DNA of 64,000 nt. Origin: Candidatus Thorarchaeota archaeon (GTDB lineage Archaea; Asgardarchaeota; Thorarchaeia; Thorarchaeales; Thorarchaeaceae). The DNA lies in assembly GCA_019057475.1 (NCBI GenBank), contig DXJO01000010.1:32001-96000 (forward strand), written 5' to 3'. Positions 27,709 to 37,500 of this stretch are shown one piece after another; position 1 is the stretch's first letter, and each line of letters opens with the position of its first letter. The position numbers and the translations under genes were made by a program. The notes beneath the pieces are model-generated. The model saw only the letters and a program-made list of their open reading frames with translations. It made no database searches and was not told the DNA's origin.

Positions 27709-29014
27709 TATCGAAAAACGGTTGACTGACCTTATACCTGAAAACATGGCCCGTCGCGGCCGCATCACGATTGACGCATTATTGGCTCCAGTGAAGGACA
27801 TTCTAAACAGACAGAGATTCCCTGACAGGCCTCTCACGGAACGTCAGGTGGAGCTGATGTTTACACTCCTCTCTTCAATGGATACCGATAAGGATCCCGC
27901 AGCTGCCCGGGTTGGCGAAAGAGAAGGTCGAACTATCTCGCCTCTTCTTGATCGTCTATCTGCTGGTTTCAACCACGGAATTGGCCGAAGCGGCCACCTC
28001 ATGGCGCCGCAACCAAAGGCTGCAGGTGCCTCTCTGATGCAGCAGGTGACAAATCATGTTGCCCTTGATGCTATTCGACGGTTAGGCCTTGAGAACGTCC
28101 GGGCAGGATTAGTTACCCCCTTGTCAACTGGAATGAGCATTGCTCTGATACTTGGCGCATTGCGTCGCACCTTGGGCATCAAAGAAGTTCTCTATCCGCG
28201 TATTGATCATGCATCTCCTCGTCGGGCGATTTCATTCGCTGGTCTTCAGGAAATTCGCGTTTCCACGATTCTTGAAGGAGATGCAGTGCGGGTTGATCTT
28301 GCAGAGCTTGAAAGCCGTCTGTCAAAGAGAAATGAAGCAGCTGTACTTGCCACAACCACGTTCTTTCCCCCTCGCGAGTCGGACCCGGTGAAAGATATCG
28401 CCAAGCTGTGCGCTGAGAGTGGTGCTCCCTTAGTAATCAATAACGCCTATGGGGTTCAATCGGAAGCCATCATGCATAGTATTCGATCTGCAATAGATGC
28501 GGGACGAGTTGATGCAGTGGTTCAGAGCAGCGACAAGAATTTTCTCACTCCTGTCGGAGGATCCATTATTGTTTCACCAGACAAGGAGATTATCGATAGT
28601 ACTGCTGAAACATATGCAGGCAGAGCCACTGCAGCGCCGGTTGTTCAGACCCTTGCAGCATTGTTACTGACTGGCCACGAGGAGTATACACGACTTCAAG
28701 CTGAGCAGATTGAAAACCTCACTTACTTGAGGGAACAACTGAGCTCCGTTGCTGACTCAATAGGACAAAGACTGTTGGAGGTCGAGAACCACGTGGCATG
28801 TGCTATGACTCTGAATGGTCTGAATGCAAGAGAGATAGGTGCTCGGCTCTACAACTTGAGAGTGACAGGGCCGCGCGTTGTGGAAAAGGGAGAAGAGGGG
28901 TCTTCCGTTGATAACTATCCCCACGACTACATCGTGATGAACGCAGCGATAGGAGCGAAGAGAGAACATATAGAGCAAGCTGCAGTGAAGCTTCATAAGG
29001 CGGCCAGTAAGTAG
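27698..29014 (+). CDS. spcS: O-phosphoseryl-tRNA(Sec) selenium transferase (SepSecS)
   Basis: GEREGR, HGIGRSG...QPKAAG, NNAYG, PLP-Lys motif QSSDKNF. TTG 27698 is preceded by GAGGAGGT. Confidence 0.95.
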   Translation: MDNDIEKRLTDLIPENMARRGRITIDALLAPVKDILNRQRFPDRPLTERQVELMFTLLSSMDTDKDPAAARVGEREGRTISPLLDRLSAGFNHGIGRSGHLMAPQPKAAGASLMQQVTNHVALDAIRRLGLENVRAGLVTPLSTGMSIALILGALRRTLGIKEVLYPRIDHASPRRAISFAGLQEIRVSTILEGDAVRVDLAELESRLSKRNEAAVLATTTFFPPRESDPVKDIAKLCAESGAPLVINNAYGVQSEAIMHSIRSAIDAGRVDAVVQSSDKNFLTPVGGSIIVSPDKEIIDSTAETYAGRATAAPVVQTLAALLLTGHEEYTRLQAEQIENLTYLREQLSSVADSIGQRLLEVENHVACAMTLNGLNAREIGARLYNLRVTGPRVVEKGEEGSSVDNYPHDYIVMNAAIGAKREHIEQAAVKLHKAASK

Positions 29015-29044
29015 TCCAGACAGCTTGAACGGAGGGCCAAAAGC

Positions 29045-29695
29045 TTGAATGAGCTTGAAGGCAATGTGAAGGTTTCACGCACACACGAATACGAGAAGAC
29101 TGACCCGGTCACAGTTTTCAAACTTGCATGGTATGCAATAGCATCAAAGCCAGGTGTCTTGCTGGCTGATCACAGCGAGGCCGAGAGTCAATCATTCAAA
29201 GGTGAAGCAATGTTCACCGCGAAGATTGACCAGAAGCCCATCAAAATAAAGGTCGATGTCGACGAGGAACAAGGTTCTGTTGAGATGACTGGATGGGGCG
29301 AAGATGAAGTTGCCCTCGGCACCTATCTGGATGGTGCAATGGATGCCCTGAAAAAGTCCAGCGACAAGTATCTCAGTCTTGCAGATGAAGAAAAACAAAA
29401 GATCCGAAGAGCACTCATTGCAAAGACGTGCTGGGATCGGATTATCCACAAGATACTCAACAAGGCTCCACTCAGCGACATCTATTTCCAGCTGGCACAT
29501 GGCAGAGAGATGATGATCAAGGCGACTGAAGGTGATGAACTCAACCCAATCACACTCACCACGAGTGGATGGTTATCACGGATAGAGCCACTGCCTAAGG
29601 ACGAGGCACCTCCTGCGGGTCTTGCTACGGAACTGGCAAAGAAATGCATCGAGTGGAAGAGGGGCACACAGGAAGTCATTCAGAACTTTCTCTAA
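29045..29695 (+). CDS. Hypothetical protein directly downstream of SepSecS
   Basis: 216-aa ORF 30 nt after the SepSecS stop, with GGAGG RBS. Confidence 0.75.
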   Translation: MNELEGNVKVSRTHEYEKTDPVTVFKLAWYAIASKPGVLLADHSEAESQSFKGEAMFTAKIDQKPIKIKVDVDEEQGSVEMTGWGEDEVALGTYLDGAMDALKKSSDKYLSLADEEKQKIRRALIAKTCWDRIIHKILNKAPLSDIYFQLAHGREMMIKATEGDELNPITLTTSGWLSRIEPLPKDEAPPAGLATELAKKCIEWKRGTQEVIQNFL

Positions 29696-29862
29696 ATGCA
29701 GTGTCGATTACGTACGTCGGATTGATTTTAACATACACAATGCATTATCAACTGCAGTAACAACATCCGCACTCTACGCAATCATTCGATGTAGACTCAA
29801 AGTGAAATTGGCATTAGTCCCGAAAGGTTTCAGTGATATGGGCCTTCGTGAAGAACGCGGGC

Positions 29863-30246
29863 CTAGCTGTGCTTCTTATGTAACGTGATAGATCCCCCTG
29901 CGTGGGGGAATGCTTCAACCTCAATAAGGAATGGGTTCCGCGATTCACCGACCTTTGTCCACATGACCTGATCGCGACGATAGTATCTGTAATCTGCGCC
30001 ATTATGTCGAATCTCAATCATTGATGTGGGAGGAAGATCGCTAAGGGATGCAATCTCCAACTTTTCTCCGGCTCTGGTCTGCTTGGGCTGAGAAAGGAAG
30101 ACTGGAAAGATTTCATCATTGATAGGTACAAGCAATGCCACATGCGGACGGTCTACGCAGTCCCAGAGTTTCGGAACTGGGGGTGTCCTGCACGAGAATG
30201 CTCCATATGATGAGCTTAGAGCTTGGAAGATACCTGCATCAATCAC
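29863..30246 (-). CDS. Hypothetical protein
   Basis: 127-aa ORF with GTG start; AT-rich promoter-like tract at 30300-30345. Confidence 0.5.
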   Translation of the reverse strand: MIDAGIFQALSSSYGAFSCRTPPVPKLWDCVDRPHVALLVPINDEIFPVFLSQPKQTRAGEKLEIASLSDLPPTSMIEIRHNGADYRYYRRDQVMWTKVGESRNPFLIEVEAFPHAGGSITLHKKHS

Positions 30247-30503
30247 GTGACTCTGGTCTCCATCGAGTTCCTTGCATGACCCATTCCTAGAGTAAGGAAT
30301 TACTGTGATATATTAATAATAGATAGCATATAACTATTTATAGTAATTGGTTTGTCATCTCCACGCAATGGCACACACCTTGGATGCCCATGAACTCCCT
30401 TTCCCCGCACGATATCTCTGAGAAATAAGAACCAGGCACATACAACTTCGCATCACAGTATGCTACCCTCAGATTTAAGTCGCAATCACGATATTCTGCA
30501 TTT

Positions 30504-30594
30504 GGCCCCCTACAGAGCTGGTGGTCTGGTTCCGTGGGCTTCAAACCCATGATCGTGCAAGCGATAAGAGTTCGATTCTCTTAGGAGGCCGCCA
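30504..30594 (+). tRNA. selC: tRNA-Sec (anticodon UCA)
   Basis: 9-bp acceptor GGCCCCCTA/TAGGAGGCC; 7-bp D stem with 4-nt loop; 6-bp anticodon stem with loop CT-TCA-AA (TCA at 30541-43); long variable arm ATCGT-GCAA-GCGAT; 4-bp T stem AGAG-TTCGATT-CTCT; G discriminator and encoded CCA. TTTAAG box ~25 nt upstream. Confidence 0.96.
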
Positions 30595-30622
30595 TAGCCG
30601 TTTTCCACAAATCTCTCTCTTC

Positions 30623-31387
30623 TCATAGCAGAGCTTGCAGTTCCTTCAGAATAACATCTCTCGCCATCTTGGGACTAATCTTATCGTAGGCTGCACGTTT
30701 GAGAACTCTTAGTCGGATGATGGATACTTCTCGGTTTCCACGTAACTCGGGGTGATTCTGAAGAAATCCTGATACCGTGTTTCTAGTGGCAAGGTCCAGC
30801 TTTTCGAATTCATTATCACCTGCAAGAGTTGACTTCGGTTGCCTGATGACTTCGAGTGAGCGAATGGTATTCACAATTTCGCTGACAGTAGAATCAAGAT
30901 CAGGAGTGGACATATCCACTTCAGCAAGGGGGCAATCCCACAGGTATCGAGCCCCGGGTCTGTCGAATCTTTCACTGATTCGTTGGATGACATGATCCGG
31001 AATCCTTGTGCCGGGTCTCTCTCTATTCCACTTGAGTGCCTCTTCAAGGGGCGTTGTCACATGGATTATCCCAAATGCACACTTCGCGTCAATAGCGATC
31101 TCTAGAAGCTCATGCCGCATGCTATTGTAGTAATTTGTATCGTCGTGAATCACACTCTTTCCTTTGCTAACGAGCGTTTCCACTCTTGCTAATGCAGCCT
31201 GACGTACCTCACCCTCCTTCTCCGGCACGAAATCTGAGTAGTAGGTATCATCTCGCCATTCATCAGTTCTGACAACCTCAACTTCAGGCCCTTTCGAATG
31301 AACTGCTAATCTAATTGCATCTGCCAGAGATGATTTTCCAGATGCTGGTAGCCCACAAAGGGCTAGTATGAACTGATTCATTGGCAA
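30623..31387 (-). CDS. pstK: L-seryl-tRNA(Sec) kinase
   Basis: LCGLPASGKS Walker A, DDTNYYNSMR, FDRPGARYLWD; convergent with tRNA-Sec. Confidence 0.9.
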   Translation of the reverse strand: MPMNQFILALCGLPASGKSSLADAIRLAVHSKGPEVEVVRTDEWRDDTYYSDFVPEKEGEVRQAALARVETLVSKGKSVIHDDTNYYNSMRHELLEIAIDAKCAFGIIHVTTPLEEALKWNRERPGTRIPDHVIQRISERFDRPGARYLWDCPLAEVDMSTPDLDSTVSEIVNTIRSLEVIRQPKSTLAGDNEFEKLDLATRNTVSGFLQNHPELRGNREVSIIRLRVLKRAAYDKISPKMARDVILKELQALL

Positions 31388-31468
31388 TCTGCCACGTCAA
31401 GAAATCGCTTTCAAATGAACTTAGCGAAATACAAAGAAATGAAGAGTGATTGGGGAATTTCCCAACCA

Positions 31469-32410
31469 CTATGGTTTGATTGTGATTTGGAGGTTAATAG
31501 CGAGATCCTTGTAGCGGTTTCTCACCGTGACTTCTGTCACGTTGGATGCCTCTGCAATCTCACGCTGCGTGCGTCTGTCATTCTCGATGATACCAGCAAT
31601 GTACAACGCTGCAGCCGCCAGACCACCCGGATCCTTGCCTGCGGTGAGGCCTCTAGCCCTCGCATTGTTGATTATACCTATTGCAGTCTGGACTGTCTTG
31701 CCCTCCAATGCTAGGTCTGAGGATATTCTAGGCATTAGGTCGTTTGCAGATGCTAGGGGAACCTTCAATTTGACGTTGCGTAGGATAAGCCTTACGCACT
31801 GGCCAAGCTCCTTCCTGTTGATTCTCGCCTCAGTCACTACCTCATCCAACTGGCGCGGAATCTTGTGAATTCTGCACGAGAGGTAAATCGATGCCGCAAC
31901 CATTCCCTCAATGCTCCTACCTCTGACCAACCGTGTGTTCAGGGCTTTCCGGTAAACGAGGGCCGCTGTTTCCTTGGTTTCATGAGGAACGCCCAGTTGG
32001 GATGTAAGGCGATCCATCTCACTCATTGCGATGCTGAGATTCCTGTGTTGAGAGCTGTGCACCATGGTCCGAATTTGCCACTTGCGCATTCGATAGATTG
32101 CTGCACGCTGGCTAGCTGCAATTGAGCGTCCGCTGGCATCTCTATCGCTCCAACCAATGGTCGTTGCAAGACCCTTGTCTGCCATCGTTAGTGTCATTGG
32201 TGAACCTGTTCTGGCTCGAGCATTTCTCTCTTCAGCAGTGAATGCTCTCCATTCGGGACCAGTATCTACATGCCTATCACTGATCACACACCCGCACGAC
32301 GTGCAGGTTTTCTCACCCCGGCTGCTGTCTTGGTAAAACTCGTTGCCACCACAGATGGTGCAAACTCTCATACCTGTTTTTCTATCTATAGCACGGACTG
32401 GTTTCGCCAT
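31469..32410 (-). CDS. tfb: Transcription initiation factor IIB (paralog 2)
   Basis: CTIC...CTSC, GPEWRAF, TEVTVRNRYK. Confidence 0.96.
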   Translation of the reverse strand: MAKPVRAIDRKTGMRVCTICGGNEFYQDSSRGEKTCTSCGCVISDRHVDTGPEWRAFTAEERNARARTGSPMTLTMADKGLATTIGWSDRDASGRSIAASQRAAIYRMRKWQIRTMVHSSQHRNLSIAMSEMDRLTSQLGVPHETKETAALVYRKALNTRLVRGRSIEGMVAASIYLSCRIHKIPRQLDEVVTEARINRKELGQCVRLILRNVKLKVPLASANDLMPRISSDLALEGKTVQTAIGIINNARARGLTAGKDPGGLAAAALYIAGIIENDRRTQREIAEASNVTEVTVRNRYKDLAINLQITIKP

Positions 32411-32727
32411 GTATGTTCACCTATTCGTCTTCCTCTCTGGATGTGGTCCCACAAAAGGGCCTACAATCAGCGATTAAAACTGCACTCCGAGAAGAAGCGC
32501 CTCGCGAATCGCAGGACTTTCTGTATATAAGTGTAAGCATCGGTCCTCTGATGTACTAGCCTTGTCGCTTATTCTTTCAGAGAAAAACACTATATCCTCA
32601 CTATATACAAGGATTTGACACAAAATGCACCTATGCTCCGGGATTAGAACACCAACGTGGGAGTCCTGAACACGACCCCGATGGACGGAACCGACCCGTT
32701 CTTATTCGGGTAGAGGTTTGTACTACC

Positions 32728-33612
32728 ATGCCAAAGGCGAAGGTCAATAACACAGAGATTGAGTATGAAACAATCGGGGACCCCATCTCGAAACCGCTGC
32801 TATTGATAGCGGGACTGGGAAGTCAGATGCTTGCTTGGTCGGATGAGTTGTGCGAAAGTCTTGCAAATCGCGGTTTCTTTGTCATCAGATTCGACAACCG
32901 AGATGTGGGCTTGTCAACGAAATTTGAAGATGCAGGTTTGCCGGATTTTGTGAAGATTAATGATGCCTATGCTCGTGGAGAAAAACCCGATGTACCATAC
33001 ACTTTAGAGGACATGGCCGGTGATGCCGTTGGTGTCTTGGATGCTCTGAATATAGATAAGGCACACGTCTGCGGTGCTTCCATGGGTGGAATGATCGCAC
33101 AGGTTCTAGCATATAGACATCCATCTCGGGTGCAATCTCTCACGTTAATCATGAGCACGACTGGAAATCCCGACCTACCACAAGGGAAGCCAGAAATCAT
33201 GGCGCAATTCTTTGCACCCGTTCCTTCCGAACGCGAGGCATTTATTGAAGAAACGGTCCGGCGAGGTCGTCTCATACACGGCACTTTTGCTTATGATGAG
33301 GATCAATCAAAAGAGTATAGAGCAAAAGAGTACGACCGCAGTTATTATCCCGAAGGGACAATACGCCAATTAGCAGCAATGGCTGTTCCCGGTAATCTGA
33401 AACCCGAACTTGCTGCAATACGAGCGCCTACGCTTGTTATCCATGGGAGGGAAGATCCATTTTACCCTGTTGAAGCAGGTAACGACATCGCAACAGCGAT
33501 ACCCGGAGCGGAATTATTGATTTTGGATGGAATGGGACATAGTTTTCCTCATGAAGTCATGCCACGTATTGTAACCGCACTAGTTGAGAATAGCAACAAG
33601 AATGGCAATTAG
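32728..33612 (+). CDS. Alpha/beta hydrolase
   Basis: RFDNRDVGLS, GASMGG nucleophile, HGREDP, GMGH. Confidence 0.92.
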   Translation: MPKAKVNNTEIEYETIGDPISKPLLLIAGLGSQMLAWSDELCESLANRGFFVIRFDNRDVGLSTKFEDAGLPDFVKINDAYARGEKPDVPYTLEDMAGDAVGVLDALNIDKAHVCGASMGGMIAQVLAYRHPSRVQSLTLIMSTTGNPDLPQGKPEIMAQFFAPVPSEREAFIEETVRRGRLIHGTFAYDEDQSKEYRAKEYDRSYYPEGTIRQLAAMAVPGNLKPELAAIRAPTLVIHGREDPFYPVEAGNDIATAIPGAELLILDGMGHSFPHEVMPRIVTALVENSNKNGN

Positions 33613-33772
33613 AAAGTACACTAATCATATACAAAGAGTTAGTCAAACTATAACAAACCTACAGACTTTCAATCTGTAATCTGTGCTCATTTCAGGTGAT
33701 AATAGCGTAGTTCAATAGATATTAAGTAAAACAGCCTTGCAAACCTACCCAAACCAACTGGGAGGTCTTTGG

Positions 33773-34678
33773 ATGAATACACGCTCTGATTCCAGTCGAT
33801 TCAGTATCATTACCAATCCGACCGATGATGAGGTGAAAGAATTCCAGAAAGGATTAGACGCCTATAATATGGGACGGACTAATGGAGAGTTCAATAGTCC
33901 TAAAGACTGGATTAGTCTAGTTCTCAAAGACGATGAGGGTAATATCGTAGGAGGGATTACGACTAGTACGATATTCTGGGCCCAGTATCTTGAGGTTCTC
34001 TGGGTAAATGATAAATATCGAGGACTTGGTTATGGAAGAGACCTCGTTCTTGAAGCAGAGAGATTAGCGAAGAAAAACGGATGCATAACCTCACACACGT
34101 ATACGTTTTCGTGGCAAGCACCTGATTTCTATCAAGCAGTTGGGTACAAGCTCATAGCTACCTATGAAGGATACATCGATGGCATTACAGAACTTATCCT
34201 TATGAAACGACTAGATACGATTGATAATGTATCAACCCAGAAGGTAGATTCCACTCGATTTGCTATCTCTGAAGATTCGACTGAGGAATCACTGAGCATT
34301 GTCCGCAAAGGGCTCGGAAGTAATTTTGACCAGCACGTTAGTGATTCGCTTAAGGAACATCCCCAAATCAGATACAAATTGGTCATTAAGAACGATGATG
34401 AGCAAGTGATTGGAGGACTGTGTGGTTATACTATCCTTGGGACCATGAATATAGAAGGACTCTGGGTTGATGAGAGATATCGTGGTCAAGGTTATGGAAC
34501 GGATCTCTTAATGCATGCAGAAAAACTTGCTAAAGAGAAAGGTTGTATTGCGGGCCAGATAGCGTGCTTTTCATTTCAGGAACTTGATTTCTTGAAGAAA
34601 CATGGATACAATACACACGGAGTTTCAGATGGGTATCCAGATGAAGTTAAGGAGTACTATCTCATCAAGAAGTTTTAG
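33773..34678 (+). CDS. Tandem GNAT acetyltransferase
   Basis: Two repeats LWVN/DxxYRGxGYG; GGAGG RBS precedes ATG 33773. Confidence 0.9.
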   Translation: MNTRSDSSRFSIITNPTDDEVKEFQKGLDAYNMGRTNGEFNSPKDWISLVLKDDEGNIVGGITTSTIFWAQYLEVLWVNDKYRGLGYGRDLVLEAERLAKKNGCITSHTYTFSWQAPDFYQAVGYKLIATYEGYIDGITELILMKRLDTIDNVSTQKVDSTRFAISEDSTEESLSIVRKGLGSNFDQHVSDSLKEHPQIRYKLVIKNDDEQVIGGLCGYTILGTMNIEGLWVDERYRGQGYGTDLLMHAEKLAKEKGCIAGQIACFSFQELDFLKKHGYNTHGVSDGYPDEVKEYYLIKKF

Positions 34679-34749
34679 AGAAGGCTAGGTGGACATCCAC
34701 AGAGAACTTCGCGAGTGCCCACCTGTTGTCAAATGTTTAGTTTGCTTGA

Positions 34750-35331
34750 CTAAGCTAGGCAAGCAATTTCAGTCACGACAGCTTCTGGTATGATGTGGAT
34801 GTTTCCGTAGTATGTGTGGTTGGTTTCAGAAACCTCTGTCTTGGCACGTGCGATTTTAATGAGGCCATTGCTCTTTCCTAGCAGGTAGCCAGCTATATAC
34901 TGCAATGGCACTTGCTGCTTGTTGGCTTCTTCCTTGCTCATTGAGCAACACTCGACACCTGGACTCATGAAGGTCACCTCAACCATCTCATGCTCACCGC
35001 AGTTGTCCACGCGGTTGAGATGCTTGGTTCTCTCCTTGATCTGGTTCTTCCCTTGAATTCTGTGTACTTCATTCGCAGCGTAATGGAAAGGCTCACCCTT
35101 GAGTCTATGGATTGACGGCACAACATACATGGTTGTATCATTCAATGCTTCCACACTATCATCACCACTATCCACGTAGGTCTTGTCCGAACTCTCGCCG
35201 ACCAAGTACCGCACATGGTAGTGCTTGGCATCTACATTCTTGAACTCGTCAGCCTTGTCATCCTTGATGCTAACGGATGTGTTTGCCCATAGTTCGACGG
35301 GCACAAATGGGTTTACTGTATTGTCTTTCAT
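34750..35331 (-). CDS. Hypothetical protein
   Basis: 193-aa ORF with GGTGA RBS. Confidence 0.7.
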   Translation of the reverse strand: MKDNTVNPFVPVELWANTSVSIKDDKADEFKNVDAKHYHVRYLVGESSDKTYVDSGDDSVEALNDTTMYVVPSIHRLKGEPFHYAANEVHRIQGKNQIKERTKHLNRVDNCGEHEMVEVTFMSPGVECCSMSKEEANKQQVPLQYIAGYLLGKSNGLIKIARAKTEVSETNHTYYGNIHIIPEAVVTEIACLA

Positions 35332-35430
35332 TGATAATCACCGCTTAACGATGGTTAATACTGCATGTACTTAACGATGGTTATTTATAAGCTTTACGTT
35401 ATAAACGCAACAGCACAAGTGGTGACGTCT

Positions 35431-36024
35431 ATGTTCGAGCATCTAGCTATTGTTGCATCTGTCACAATCTTTGGCATTCAGCACAGCGGCATCTCGGCTC
35501 TCCGAGTGAAGCACTGGATCATTGACAGATGGGGGCAGAAAGGTTACTCTAGGATTTTCAATGTCACCTCCGTTCTAGCTCTAATCCCGGCTTCCTTGTC
35601 TCTCAACTACTGGGACTGGCTCTACTTTCTTCAATCTCCTGAACTAGTCAATCCTCTTCTCTTCCTTTCAGGAGTAATTCTTCTGGCGCTTGGCGTTGTG
35701 GTTGCCATATTGGCATCAAGGTCAATCTCAGTGAGCACAGTTGCAGATATGCGAACTGACCGCAAGCCAGCTCTTGTGACCGGCGGACTCTATGCTCGAA
35801 CGAGACATCCCCTCTACCTCGCGACTATCTTGTTCTTGTTGTCATTAGTCGCTTTCTACCCGTTCTCCAACATACTAACGTTCTCATTGGCTTTCGTTGT
35901 CTATGTAGTCATAGGTGGATATCTCGAAGAGCGCAAGCTTGTTATTCAATATGGGACAGAGTATCTTACCTACCGTAAGACGACTGGTTTCCTATTGCCA
36001 CGACTAAGTTCTCGGAATGACTGA
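35431..36024 (+). CDS. ICMT/NnrU-like membrane methyltransferase
   Basis: HSG...LVTGGLYARTRHPLY...EERKL...YG.EY..YR. Confidence 0.82.
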   Translation: MFEHLAIVASVTIFGIQHSGISALRVKHWIIDRWGQKGYSRIFNVTSVLALIPASLSLNYWDWLYFLQSPELVNPLLFLSGVILLALGVVVAILASRSISVSTVADMRTDRKPALVTGGLYARTRHPLYLATILFLLSLVAFYPFSNILTFSLAFVVYVVIGGYLEERKLVIQYGTEYLTYRKTTGFLLPRLSSRND

Positions 36025-36038
36025 ACCGGTAATCGTGG

Positions 36039-36485
36039 TCATTTGAGCATTGATTCCAGCTTAGAAAGATGTCTGGCTCTCTTAACTGCCTTGGGTGAAA
36101 CTTGGTGCACCTTACCCTTTTCAACAACGAAATGGGCCGTTTCGATGTCCGGCGTAAAGTGACTCTTCAAGTCCTCTACGACGAAATGAAGCTGTACGCA
36201 ATGTGGGCTGCCATCCACAGTCAAGACTGTGACCTTATTCATTTTTGAGTATCTGATGATTGAGCCTATTTTGAAGCCCGCGTGGTTAACGTGCATCTCT
36301 TCCAAGCAAACGTGCAAGACTGCCTGACCCCCATCCTTCTCTCTGTACTCCTCAACTATACTTGGGAATCGACTATTCATGCAGCTGCCAACCAACAATA
36401 GCTGCCCTTTTTCTCTCAGCCTTCGATCGCCCACGTTTATGCTCATTAGGTTCTCATCGCAGTGGCATCCGCACAAGCCTACCAT
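36039..36485 (-). CDS. Cys-rich Fe-S-associated protein
   Basis: LLLVGSC, VCLE, LTVDGSPHCVQLH. Confidence 0.7.
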   Translation of the reverse strand: MVGLCGCHCDENLMSINVGDRRLREKGQLLLVGSCMNSRFPSIVEEYREKDGGQAVLHVCLEEMHVNHAGFKIGSIIRYSKMNKVTVLTVDGSPHCVQLHFVVEDLKSHFTPDIETAHFVVEKGKVHQVSPKAVKRARHLSKLESMLK

Positions 36486-37420
36486 TTCCTCCTGATGGGT
36501 TTAGGCCTGTCCTCTTCATGCTCTTTTTCTATCCATTGATCAACGAGTGGTGGCGCAATTCGTGCAATGAGGTCTCCTTCGAAGACGTAGTTCATCTTGC
36601 TCACTGAGATGATGGTCCCCTCATGTGGTGACAGAACAGGATCCTTGTCCTGAACTTGACCTATCGCCTCGTCACGTCTAACATCTTCGCCCGGATTAAC
36701 AATGGGAACGAAGAAGCCCTCTGTGTCAACATTGATGTGCTGAACTCTTCCAGCAAGAGTGTTTGAAACATCTATGCTCTCTCCGGAGAGTATACCCTTG
36801 ATTCGTAGGAAGTTGAGAATAGCTTCTCTCACCTGAACCGCAGCCTGCGGTTCGACTTGGCTCCTCTCCCCTCTCATCTCAATTGTCACGACAGGTATTC
36901 CCTCGTGTGCCACTTCGGTGGTAAGCGCGCCTCTCTGACCTGAGCTCTGAACAACTAGCGGCAGCCCGATTTGGGATGCAAGGTTTCGCACGTGGATGTA
37001 CTTTCGGTGCATGGCCTCAATGTGACTTACGCAGGATTGATGCCCTGTCCGCAAGTGAATGACATAATCTGCTTGTGAGGCTTTTCTCCATATTTCCCAT
37101 GCTATTCTATCACTGACTGTTCCATGCTCGCTACCTGGGAACAGCGTATCAAGATCCTTTGAATCAAGTGGGGAGACCCTTGTGCCAAGCCTGAATGCAA
37201 GTGGATTCGCAACTGGGAGTAGTGTCACCGATCCGTTCACCCTGCCCAGACTCTCGAGATGTTTCATCAGCAGGTAGCTCGAGTATACACAAGTAGCTGA
37301 TAGGCCGTCCATTGCTGACACTATCAGTACGTTTGGTCGTTCTGTGCCGTATGTATAGAGCCCAAGGGCAGTGCCTGTCTTAGGGTCTATATCAACCGCA
37401 TCAACTATTGCCTTCACCAT
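36479..37420 (-). CDS. Succinylglutamate desuccinylase/aspartoacylase (M14) family protein, degenerate Zn site
   Basis: PVANPLAF..GTR, DLDTLFPG, TIEMRG; biotinyl-like C-terminal domain. Confidence 0.8.
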   Translation of the reverse strand: MVKAIVDAVDIDPKTGTALGLYTYGTERPNVLIVSAMDGLSATCVYSSYLLMKHLESLGRVNGSVTLLPVANPLAFRLGTRVSPLDSKDLDTLFPGSEHGTVSDRIAWEIWRKASQADYVIHLRTGHQSCVSHIEAMHRKYIHVRNLASQIGLPLVVQSSGQRGALTTEVAHEGIPVVTIEMRGERSQVEPQAAVQVREAILNFLRIKGILSGESIDVSNTLAGRVQHINVDTEGFFVPIVNPGEDVRRDEAIGQVQDKDPVLSPHEGTIISVSKMNYVFEGDLIARIAPPLVDQWIEKEHEEDRPKPIRRKW

Positions 37421-37500
37421 TGAGAGGCCTTCTACGGGCTTATGAAATCGACATCTCGCAGAAGGATAAGAAAACGAGTAACACAGATTCTCACGTGGTA

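Noticed and set aside
30338-30550. 70-aa minus-strand ORF
   Set aside because: It overlaps tRNA-Sec in antisense and has no protein-like motif.
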